From an uncultured Spirochaetota bacterium (GTDB taxonomy: Bacteria; Spirochaetota; Brevinematia; Brevinematales; JAOACQ01), in contig CAWAOD010000010.1 in NCBI GenBank assembly GCA_963783575.1, forward strand, positions 128,001-192,000: 64,000 bases of DNA, in the 5' to 3' direction. The notes below the pieces were generated by a model. It did not search any database and was not told where the DNA came from. It worked only from the letters and a program-made list of their open reading frames with translations. Positions 1-8,333 of this stretch are shown one piece after another. The position numbers were made by a program, and so were the translations under genes. How positions within the stretch are numbered: position 1 is the stretch's first letter; each line of letters opens with the position of its first letter.

Positions 1-2
1 AC

Positions 3-314
3 AAAATTATTATTTTGAGGCAGGTTTATGGAAAAATCATTATTTTCCGGAATCTGGAGCTGTTTATGGATCTCGGCGATTTTTTTAACCGCCGTTTCAG
101 TAATAACAGGTTTATTGACTACGATATTCGTTTCTGTTTTTTTCTGGCCTTCGGATTTGTTGATTTTTAAACCGCTTTCCTTTAATAACTGGTCTATTGA
201 AAACAGGCTGACATGATTCAAATTCCTAAAAAAAATCAGATGTTCCTGCGTAAAACAAGCCTGTAAAAGTATCATCAAAAATAATAATGTTTTTTTTAAA
301 CGGCTGAAGAGCAT
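3..314 (-). CDS. Exported protein or lipoprotein, partial (runs off the left edge)
   Basis: Manual translation from ATG at 314 (GGGGGA RBS upstream): MLFSRLKKTLLFLMILLQACFTQEHL... The frame stays open to the window edge and has a hydrophobic N-terminus ending LQAC. Not in the ORF track. Confidence 0.6.
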   Translation of the reverse strand, partial: MLFSRLKKTLLFLMILLQACFTQEHLIFFRNLNHVSLFSIDQLLKESGLKINKSEGQKKTETNIVVNKPVITETAVKKIAEIHKQLQIPENNDFSINLPQNNNF

Positions 315-337
315 TAACAAATTCCCCCAAATTTTCT

Positions 338-383
338 ATCCTAAGGATCTAACGATTCATAGAATCAACAGATTCCTTAGGAT
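338..383. other. Long imperfect intergenic hairpin
   Basis: ATCCTAAGGATCT-aac-GATTC-ata-GAATC-aac-AGAT-TCCTTAGGAT, directly after the TPR gene stop. No U-tract. Confidence 0.6.
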
Positions 384-2039
384 CTATTGATCCTTTAGAT
401 AATTTATATACTCCATTGCCTTTTTATTATCGGGATGTATGACAAGTACCTCCTGGAAAGCATTTTTAGCTTCACCATAATGATGCAGCTCGATAAACAT
501 CAATCCCAGTTTATACAATATTTCAGGATTATTCCTAAAATACTTCTGATATTCCGATAACAACACTACCGCTGATGAAATTTCATTCAATTTAATTTTT
601 GTTAAGGCAAGCGCATAAATTATATCAGGACTTCTCTGAATAATCAAAGCTTTATTCAAAAACCTTTCCGCTTCTTCAAACCTTTCCTCATACCCTTCAA
701 GAATACCAATACTATAAAGAATATTAATATCCTCCGGACTAATTTCCAGCCCCAATGTAAGGTATTCCCTGGCTTTCAAAATATTATCAAGTTTCATGTA
801 AGAACAGCCGGTTATGTAATAGATAAATGCATTATATTTATCTTTTTCAATTACTATTTTGCTGTATTCAATAGCATTTAAATATTCTTCTTTATAATAA
901 TAACAAATTGCAAGGTTTTCATATATATCTTTAAAACCTTGTTTATTTGATATCTCAATAAAGGAGTTTTTTATACTCAGTTTTAATTTTTCAAGACAGA
1001 GTAGAAAATAATCAAGGGCGTATTGATATTCTTTTTCTGCCATAAATAATAACCCAATTTTATAGGCATATTCGGTATTTTTTTGACCGCGGCTTTCATC
1101 ATTACAGGTCAGTTTAAAAGCCTTTTTAAAACTAATCCGGGCTTCATTACGATTACCGAGTTTGAGGTTTAGATTTCCAAGCTTTTCCCAGACATCCGGC
1201 ATAGCATGGTTCAGATCGCCGGCCTTTTTATAAGCGTCCAAGGCCCGGCTCATTTGTTCCATTGATTCATAAACAACGCCAAGATAATACCATGCTTCAG
1301 GCATCAAAGGATCAATTTCAACAGCCGTATTAAGAAATTCAAGGGCTTTACCCCCGTTTCCTATCTCTAAATAAGCGACTGAAAGGCTCACATAAGCGCT
1401 AATATAGCGTTTCCCATCCCAGCCGATCACTCTCTGGAAACATTCTATTGCCTTTCTGAATTCCTGAAGCTGGCTGTAAGCGATACCGAGACCGAAAGTA
1501 GCGTCGATATCATTATTTCTTAAAGATAAATACTTAATAAAATAGTCTCTCGCCTCGCTTGAAAATTTGAAATGTATTAGACTTATGCCTATATTATAGA
1601 TTAATTCAGGAGGTGTTTGATGTGTAATCAGGGAATGAAAGTTTTCCATTGCTTTTATTATTTCATTAATTCCAAGATACGCAAAACCAAGATTGTATGA
1701 GAGATCAAAAGAAAATTCTTTTTTACTTTTGAGTTTTTCAAAATGCCCAATGGCCTCTCTATATAATTTCAATGACAGGCAGCAGAAACCCAGATTATAC
1801 AGACCTGTAACATTATCCGGATTTATAGATATCAGTTTTTCAAGATATGACCTTGCATTTTTAAAATCCTGGAAATACAGGTAACATATTGAAATATTGC
1901 TGAAAACGCTTTCCTTATTTATAAAATCATTTTCTTTCAAAGCTTCAAGCAATAAATCCAGGGCTTCTTTATATTTTTTCACGGCAATCAAGTCTTCGGC
2001 TTCAAGTTCCCTGAGATATGAATGTACTTTATTCATCAT
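384..2039 (-). CDS. Tetratricopeptide repeat protein (551 aa)
   Basis: Many TPR motifs, e.g. AWYYLGVVYESMEQMSRALDAYKKA and ATFGLGIAYSQLQEFRKAIECFQRV. Confidence 0.9.
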   Translation of the reverse strand: MMNKVHSYLRELEAEDLIAVKKYKEALDLLLEALKENDFINKESVFSNISICYLYFQDFKNARSYLEKLISINPDNVTGLYNLGFCCLSLKLYREAIGHFEKLKSKKEFSFDLSYNLGFAYLGINEIIKAMENFHSLITHQTPPELIYNIGISLIHFKFSSEARDYFIKYLSLRNNDIDATFGLGIAYSQLQEFRKAIECFQRVIGWDGKRYISAYVSLSVAYLEIGNGGKALEFLNTAVEIDPLMPEAWYYLGVVYESMEQMSRALDAYKKAGDLNHAMPDVWEKLGNLNLKLGNRNEARISFKKAFKLTCNDESRGQKNTEYAYKIGLLFMAEKEYQYALDYFLLCLEKLKLSIKNSFIEISNKQGFKDIYENLAICYYYKEEYLNAIEYSKIVIEKDKYNAFIYYITGCSYMKLDNILKAREYLTLGLEISPEDINILYSIGILEGYEERFEEAERFLNKALIIQRSPDIIYALALTKIKLNEISSAVVLLSEYQKYFRNNPEILYKLGLMFIELHHYGEAKNAFQEVLVIHPDNKKAMEYINYLKDQ

Positions 2040-2715
2040 ATTTCCTTAAAGTAGGTTTTTCGATAATAAGAAGTTCACTATCGACATTTAATAATTGGTT
2101 TTCAGTTTCAGAATAATGCAGAGATGTAATATAGATTATACCGTTTACAGTTCTGGCGGATTTTTCATAAGCTTTAATTAAACCCCTGGCAAGTAATTTA
2201 GCGATATAACTGAAAGGTTTATTAACTTTCATCGAAACTTTGAGTGTCATATTATTTGAGCCGGAGCCTGCACTGGAATATAGATATGGATTCACTCCTT
2301 TATAAGGATACTCATATATGAAAAAACCATTGCCGATTTTTTTAATATTCGATCCGGCGGCTTTATTTAGACTGAGTCCTCCTATATTAGAATAATCAAG
2401 ATTTAATTTCAGTGAATTCTTGGAAATACTAAAATTTACACCCTTTTCTACAGAATAATATACCGAAACGGCATCCTTGAAGGCTGACTCATCACTGTAT
2501 CCAATGCCAAAGGAAGATACCGATATCAATGAAGACCGATCAATCATACCATTAGTCGATTCAATGATTTTTAAGCCTTCAGCAGGGCTTTTACCGGATT
2601 CTTCATAATTAAGGGCGCCTTTATTTTGATCAGCGATAGTAGATGTGTTTTTTATGCAGGAAATGAATGCTGACAGCAATAAAGAGTATATTATAAGGAG
2701 TATTATTTTTTTCAA
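2029..2715 (-). CDS. Putative lipoprotein, unknown function
   Basis: TTG start with GGGAG RBS; signal MKKIILLIIYSLLLSAFIS-C (spirochete-type lipobox). Confidence 0.7.
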   Translation of the reverse strand: MKKIILLIIYSLLLSAFISCIKNTSTIADQNKGALNYEESGKSPAEGLKIIESTNGMIDRSSLISVSSFGIGYSDESAFKDAVSVYYSVEKGVNFSISKNSLKLNLDYSNIGGLSLNKAAGSNIKKIGNGFFIYEYPYKGVNPYLYSSAGSGSNNMTLKVSMKVNKPFSYIAKLLARGLIKAYEKSARTVNGIIYITSLHYSETENQLLNVDSELLIIEKPTLRKYDE

Positions 2716-2752
2716 ATTATGCTCCCTGATTTAAGCAATAACTTCAATCAGT

Positions 2753-3766
2753 TCATTTTAATACTTTTTCGATAAAAATCCTGGCCAGTTCCGGATCAAA
2801 TTGAGTTCCGGAATTATTTATAATTTCATTCTTTGCTTCTTCAGCGGACAATTCATTCCTGAATATTAATTTTGTAGTCATTGAAACATAAGAATTAGCA
2901 AGATTCCCGATTCTTGCAACCAGGGGAATATCTTCGCCTTTTAGCTTTTCAGGATATCCTTCACCGTCAAACCTTTCATGATGATAATAAATCAAATCCA
3001 GTATATCCTGATTATTTATTAAAATAGGCATTACAATTTTTTTACCGATAACCGGATGCGTTTTGACAAGATTGAATTCCTCCTCTGTTAATTTGCCCGG
3101 TTTAAGAAGAACCGCGTCGGGTATTCCGATTTTACCGATGTCATGAAGTTTGGCGCTGATTCTTATATTTTCAATTTTCTGAGGACCCAGACCAGCCGCT
3201 TCGGCAATTTTTACCGAATAATCGGAAACAAGCTGGGAATGCTCAAGAGTGGTTTTGCTTTTAGCCTCAAGAATATTCAGCAAAACATTGAGAGTTTCAA
3301 AGAAGGATGCCTGAATTTTTTCAGTCGCTTCTTTCACTTTATTTTCAAGTGATATTATATAGCTGTTTCTTTCATCAATCAGCTTAAGGCGGTCAATGAC
3401 CCTGTTGACTGAAAACATCATTTCATCAATTGAAAAAGGCTTTAAAATATAATCATAAGCGCCGTTCCGCATAGCCTCTCTAACCAGATCAATATTGCTG
3501 TAAGCCGAAACCACTATAATATGAACATCATTATTAATGCTTTTAAGCTTTCTAATAAGATCTATTCCTGAAAGCCTCGGCATCAAAATATCTGTAATTA
3601 CGATATTAATCGGATTGTTTTCGTAAAGATACAATGCCCTATCCCCGTCATTTGCCGTGAAAACGGCACTTGTATGCGGGTTAATCGCTAAAATATCCGA
3701 AATTATTTTAACAATCGGAAATTCATCATCCGCGACAAGAAAACTGTACTTTTTCTGCTCTGCCAT
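2753..3766 (-). CDS. Response regulator with HD-GYP domain (RpfG-like c-di-GMP phosphodiesterase family)
   Basis: REC domain (ADDE...TDILMP...KPF) plus HDIGKIG and HHERFDGEGYP. Confidence 0.9.
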   Translation of the reverse strand: MAEQKKYSFLVADDEFPIVKIISDILAINPHTSAVFTANDGDRALYLYENNPINIVITDILMPRLSGIDLIRKLKSINNDVHIIVVSAYSNIDLVREAMRNGAYDYILKPFSIDEMMFSVNRVIDRLKLIDERNSYIISLENKVKEATEKIQASFFETLNVLLNILEAKSKTTLEHSQLVSDYSVKIAEAAGLGPQKIENIRISAKLHDIGKIGIPDAVLLKPGKLTEEEFNLVKTHPVIGKKIVMPILINNQDILDLIYYHHERFDGEGYPEKLKGEDIPLVARIGNLANSYVSMTTKLIFRNELSAEEAKNEIINNSGTQFDPELARIFIEKVLK

Positions 3767-3787
3767 TTCAATACTCCCTTAAAAATA

Positions 3788-4612
3788 TTAATTGATGTTA
3801 AGATAAAACCAGGCGTTCGCGTTATTGCTTTGCAATCTGAGTGATGTCATAAAAAATTTCCTGCTTAATCGCGGATATTTCATTTTTCTTAAACACATAC
3901 CTATTTTATTGTTAAAATCCGCCGAATTACAATAAATATTTACCGCGTCAACATATTTTTCCAGCGCATCACGATATTTACTCTGGTAATAATAAATTTC
4001 ACCAACCTGAAAAAATGCCAGGGATTTAATAAAATCATTCTGCGATTCGCCGATTACTTTGTTGAAATAGCTTTCGGCTTGTTTATAATCTTCCAGGTAA
4101 TAGTATGACATACCGATAAAATATATATCATCCATAAATGGAATGATCTTATAGCTATGGCTCAAATCGGCTATCGCTTCATTATATTTTCCGCTTTTAT
4201 AGTTGGAAATTCCTCTGATTTTATAAGCGTAAACCTGGAATTCTTCCGGTACCACATGAATATCGGATAAATTAGATAATACAATTCCGAACTGTTGGGG
4301 ATTCTTCGCTTCTAAAAATGTCTGATAAGTCTTCGCAAGCTGTGCGTAGCCTTCAACTTCAGAATAATGCCCGTCTTCAGCAAGAGATTTCAATTTCTGT
4401 ATAAAATCAGTATCTCCATCAAGGGCAAGCTTAAGAACAATCCTGTATTGCCTTCTCTGGTAATGTAAATTGTTTTTATTTTTAATATCATCCAGCAAAT
4501 GATATGCCCTTAAATAATCACCCTTATCATACAATTCATCGAATTTATAATACTTTGAGCAGGAAGTCAGAATTAATAATGATAAAAGAAATAAAAGATA
4601 TTTTTGATTCAT
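3788..4612 (-). CDS. TPR lipoprotein
   Basis: Lipobox LILTS-C; C-terminal TPRs (AFFQVGEIYYYQSKYRDALEKY). Confidence 0.8.
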   Translation of the reverse strand: MNQKYLLFLLSLLILTSCSKYYKFDELYDKGDYLRAYHLLDDIKNKNNLHYQRRQYRIVLKLALDGDTDFIQKLKSLAEDGHYSEVEGYAQLAKTYQTFLEAKNPQQFGIVLSNLSDIHVVPEEFQVYAYKIRGISNYKSGKYNEAIADLSHSYKIIPFMDDIYFIGMSYYYLEDYKQAESYFNKVIGESQNDFIKSLAFFQVGEIYYYQSKYRDALEKYVDAVNIYCNSADFNNKIGMCLRKMKYPRLSRKFFMTSLRLQSNNANAWFYLNIN

Positions 4613-4619
4613 TTAACCC

Positions 4620-5771
4620 TCACTTAGCGCTTAAATCCCAGAAAGAAAAACTCTCCGGAAACATGAAAATTTTAATATTCCGTCCGTTTATATTTAATAT
4701 AGAACTGCCCTCTTTGCTTTTGAATGTCCCGCTTATTTCATATATATTATCAAACTTAAAGATTGAAAAAGTATCGCTGAAATTGAAAGCAATAACTTTT
4801 TTTCCATTATACCAGATCATTTTTTCCTTTGAAATCAATATCTTCTTATCTAATGAAAAATCAGCTAAAAAATCCATTAAGTCTGCGTTAAAATTATTAA
4901 AAAAATTATATGGAACAGCAAGTTTTGCCCCGCCGGCATAAAGAAAGACGAAAGCAGAGCAATTATTAACAGAAGTGCCGCCGCTTTCAATATAATAAAT
5001 TTCGTTCTTATCAATTGCAATTTGATCCAGATAATAAAAATCCGGGACCGGCATCATAAATGCTCTTTCCCGTAATTCCCAGTAAATATCCGATGAAATA
5101 TCAGAATTTGTTGACCCGGAAAAAAGCAGGGCCGATATGCCGAAATGATCTCTTACGAATTGCGAATAATCCTCCCTGATATTATCCGGCAGATCCCTTA
5201 AGTCAATTACCCAGCGTTCAACAGGCAAATCTCTAATATTTTTAATAATTTCTTCGATTTTTTTATATGTTTGCAAATTTTTAATATCCACTATATATTG
5301 CCCGGAGTATGAAAGGCTATCCGGCGTAAAGTCCTCTATATTCCATTCGTTTTTATTATAACCCGCCTTTTGTTTAAACAAATTCACTCTGGAATAAAGA
5401 GATATTTTTCTAGTTTTAAGATATTTAGAGACGGCCTGGAATGAGCTAAAATCACCGTAAAATGTCGAATATGAGCCACGTTGAAATTTATTTCCCAAAT
5501 CATTAAAATCATAAACATCATCATCTTCAGTTTTCAGACTTCCATCATAACCCTTAAATGGAGCACTGATTATAACCGCATCAATATTGGTTATGCCTGA
5601 ATTTGAAAGGTCCTGAATGATGTCGAAATATGGCAAACCCTGATAATCCAGAATTATTCCGGAGTAGGCATCCGAGAAAAAAAATATTATAAATAAAATC
5701 AATGAACCGGTTATAAAAATAATATTTTTAGCAAAAATGATCGAAAGATTTTTTATAAAATTATGATTCAT
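4620..5771 (-). CDS. Membrane-anchored or exported degenerate GH13 alpha-amylase-like protein
   Basis: N-terminal hydrophobic segment. SGITNIDAVIISAPFKG...YDFNDLGNKFQRGSYSTFYG resembles the GH13_5 pattern GITAVWIPPAYKG...YDLYDLGEFxQKGTVRTKYG. Amylase-like C-terminal beta-domain; catalytic motifs eroded. Confidence 0.55.
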   Translation of the reverse strand: MNHNFIKNLSIIFAKNIIFITGSLILFIIFFFSDAYSGIILDYQGLPYFDIIQDLSNSGITNIDAVIISAPFKGYDGSLKTEDDDVYDFNDLGNKFQRGSYSTFYGDFSSFQAVSKYLKTRKISLYSRVNLFKQKAGYNKNEWNIEDFTPDSLSYSGQYIVDIKNLQTYKKIEEIIKNIRDLPVERWVIDLRDLPDNIREDYSQFVRDHFGISALLFSGSTNSDISSDIYWELRERAFMMPVPDFYYLDQIAIDKNEIYYIESGGTSVNNCSAFVFLYAGGAKLAVPYNFFNNFNADLMDFLADFSLDKKILISKEKMIWYNGKKVIAFNFSDTFSIFKFDNIYEISGTFKSKEGSSILNINGRNIKIFMFPESFSFWDLSAK

Positions 5772-5810
5772 TTTTTATATTCTCAAATTATTAAGTTAAT
5801 ATGTTTGTTT

Positions 5811-6758
5811 TTATTTTAATTTCATATAAGCAAGCGCTGCGGAACCCATTATTCCGGCCTGATTTCCAAGTCTGGCGAAGCATATTTCAACAGCTTCCCA
5901 GGCTTTCGGCGCAGCATTTAATCTTGCATAATATTTAACTTTATCCAATAACATTTCGCCTGAATGAGATAATCCTCCTCCAAGTATACACAACTCCGGA
6001 TTAAAACAGTTGATAAGGCTCCCCACTCCGATGCCGATATACCGCGACATTTCTTCAAAGATTCCCAAAGCGGCAGGATCATTATTTTTCGCTTCATCAA
6101 CAATAACTTTTGCATTTATATTATCCGGATAATATTTAGTCAATGCGGTTTCAACTCCCCTTCCAATTAAACATTTAGCTCTTTTAATCATTGCGGACGC
6201 GGAGCCGTAAGTTTCCCAGCATCCGAAATTACCGCAGCCGCATTGCCTCCCTTCAGGTACAATAACCATGTGGCCGATTTCCCCGGCGCATCCGTTCGCG
6301 CCGCTATATATATCACCATTAATGAATATTCCGCCTCCAATACCTGTTCCCAGTGTAATCAAAATGAAATTTTTTTTCCCTTTACCAACTCCGAAGACAA
6401 ACTCTCCTCTCGCGGCGTTATTGGCATCATTATCAACAAAAACCGGAATATTGAAGGCTTTTTCCATTTCTTTAGCTATAGGATAATTATCAAATACACG
6501 TATATTGGCAAAGATTGTAATATTCCCATTTTCCATTGCGATTCCGGGAACGCCTATCCCGATTGCTTTGATATCATATTTCCTGTTATTCTCAGCTATT
6601 CTGGATATGACATTTTTTATATTTTCAACAACAACTTTCGCTGAATTTGCTTCGACCCCCGTCGGTATTTCATATGAATCCGCAACTTTTCCGCTGGCAT
6701 CGATCAACCCGGCTTTAATTGATGTTCCGCCAAGATCAACGCCTATATTATAATCCAT
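5811..6758 (-). CDS. glk: ROK family sugar kinase (glucokinase)
   Basis: GVDLGGT, DNDANNAARGE, TLGTGIGGG, GEIGH and CGCGNFGCWE. Start set at MDYNIG, downstream of GAGG. Confidence 0.85.
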   Translation of the reverse strand: MDYNIGVDLGGTSIKAGLIDASGKVADSYEIPTGVEANSAKVVVENIKNVISRIAENNRKYDIKAIGIGVPGIAMENGNITIFANIRVFDNYPIAKEMEKAFNIPVFVDNDANNAARGEFVFGVGKGKKNFILITLGTGIGGGIFINGDIYSGANGCAGEIGHMVIVPEGRQCGCGNFGCWETYGSASAMIKRAKCLIGRGVETALTKYYPDNINAKVIVDEAKNNDPAALGIFEEMSRYIGIGVGSLINCFNPELCILGGGLSHSGEMLLDKVKYYARLNAAPKAWEAVEICFARLGNQAGIMGSAALAYMKLK

Positions 6759-6779
6759 ATTCTTCCTCAACCTCAAGCT

Positions 6780-7202
6780 CTATTTAAGAATCTGACCGAT
6801 CCGCTCGATCACCTTTTCCCTGTCTAAAGGCTTGACAATATAGCCTTTTGCGCCAAGTTTGATCGCTTCTTTAACAGATTCGGCTGTTCCAATGGCGGTA
6901 ATCATTATAACCACTGCATTCGGATCAAATAATTTTATCTGTTTCAGGGCTTCCAGACCGTCCATTTCCGGCATTGTAATATCAAGTGTTATTAGATCTA
7001 CATCCGAATGCAATTTTTTAAATAATTCAATCCCAGCTTTTCCATTTTCTGCCGTACCGATTATCTCAAAATCCCTGGACATAAAAATCTGGCTTAAATG
7101 CTTTATGATAAACTGAGAATCATCTATAATTATGACCTTAATATTCCCGCCCCCCGGTTTTCTGCCAGTAGGAAGACCATTTTCATCAAAAATAATACCC
7201 AT
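6780..7202 (-). CDS. cheY: Chemotaxis response regulator CheY, N-terminally extended
   Basis: Single REC domain (IIDDS, LDITMP, VKP), directly after cheX. Confidence 0.9.
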   Translation of the reverse strand: MGIIFDENGLPTGRKPGGGNIKVIIIDDSQFIIKHLSQIFMSRDFEIIGTAENGKAGIELFKKLHSDVDLITLDITMPEMDGLEALKQIKLFDPNAVVIMITAIGTAESVKEAIKLGAKGYIVKPLDREKVIERIGQILK

Positions 7203-7213
7203 AATATCCTCCT

Positions 7214-7678
7214 CTATTCCTTAAAAGCAATATTTATTTCAACAATACCGACACCGGTATCTATCGGTATTATTAGAGCTTCCATATCAGAGAACTCATA
7301 AATATTCAAATTTGTTCCGGTGATTATAGTCGGCGGAGTAAAATTGAATGCGAGCTTTTCTTTTTCCAGTTTTGTTACTGATCTGCCGGTTATCATGTTT
7401 GCAAGTTCACCGATTGTACTCCTTGCCATTTCGTTAAAAGACTTGAATTCCTCACCGCCATTGAGTTTGCTTGCAATTTTTAAAGACGTTTCTTCTGTCA
7501 TATCGAATACAAGCCTCCCCTTAATACTACCAATTACACCGATAACAACAGCAACTCCCTTCATAGACTCACCCAATTTTTTAAGGTAAAGCTGGCCTCT
7601 CTTAACCGTGGTTTGCAGAACTTCATTCAATATGTCAAAGGATGCTTCAACAAAAGGATTAATGTACTCAATCCGCAT
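7214..7678 (-). CDS. cheX: CheY-P phosphatase CheX
   Basis: MRIEYINPFVE, GELANMITG (ExxN motif), FTPPTIITG. Confidence 0.95.
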   Translation of the reverse strand: MRIEYINPFVEASFDILNEVLQTTVKRGQLYLKKLGESMKGVAVVIGVIGSIKGRLVFDMTEETSLKIASKLNGGEEFKSFNEMARSTIGELANMITGRSVTKLEKEKLAFNFTPPTIITGTNLNIYEFSDMEALIIPIDTGVGIVEINIAFKE

Positions 7679-7691
7679 AGTATCCTCCCAA

Positions 7692-8207
7692 TTATTTTAG
7701 TGAAATTATGTACTTCAATAGATTATCAATATTTATCATCAGTATCTCTTTCGAGCCGTCAAGAATAACTCCGCTAAAAAGGGAGTTTTTAGACCATCTT
7801 TCGATATTATTTCCGGTTTTGAAATTTTCTTCGGTGGCAGGAATATTTTTATAGATGCTGTCGATTAAAATTCCGAATACATCCTTATCCTTTTTAATCA
7901 TTATGATGAACTTATCTTCTTCATTGACAACATTAAGACCTTTCATCGCGTCCTTCATACCAAGTATCAGCTTAAGGCTATAAGTCGGGAGAATGTTTCC
8001 CCGCAGGTTTAAAACACCCAGAAGAGTTTCATTGGTGTTTGGAACACGGTATATTTTTCTTGCAAAAATGATTTCCTGGATATTCATAACATCCATTGAA
8101 TAAATGCTTGATTCAAGACGAAAAGCTATGGATTGAAAAATAATTTTTGCCTTTTTCTCAACCTCAATTGTTTCTTCAACTTTTCTATTTAAAATCTTTT
8201 CTTCCAA
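7692..8207 (-). CDS. cheW: Chemotaxis coupling protein CheW
   Basis: RVPNT..LLGVLNLRGNILP and FGILID; TTG start with AGGAGG RBS. Confidence 0.92.
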   Translation of the reverse strand: MEEKILNRKVEETIEVEKKAKIIFQSIAFRLESSIYSMDVMNIQEIIFARKIYRVPNTNETLLGVLNLRGNILPTYSLKLILGMKDAMKGLNVVNEEDKFIIMIKKDKDVFGILIDSIYKNIPATEENFKTGNNIERWSKNSLFSGVILDGSKEILMINIDNLLKYIISLK

Positions 8208-8333
8208 GAGATTGCCTCCTTATTTTTATCATTATCCAATATAATTTAACAGAAATCAATGGATAATAAAATTGAAGCATAGGTTTAAATTTCAGGCATT
8301 ATTTAAAATAAATAAAAATCCGGTTATCATCAT

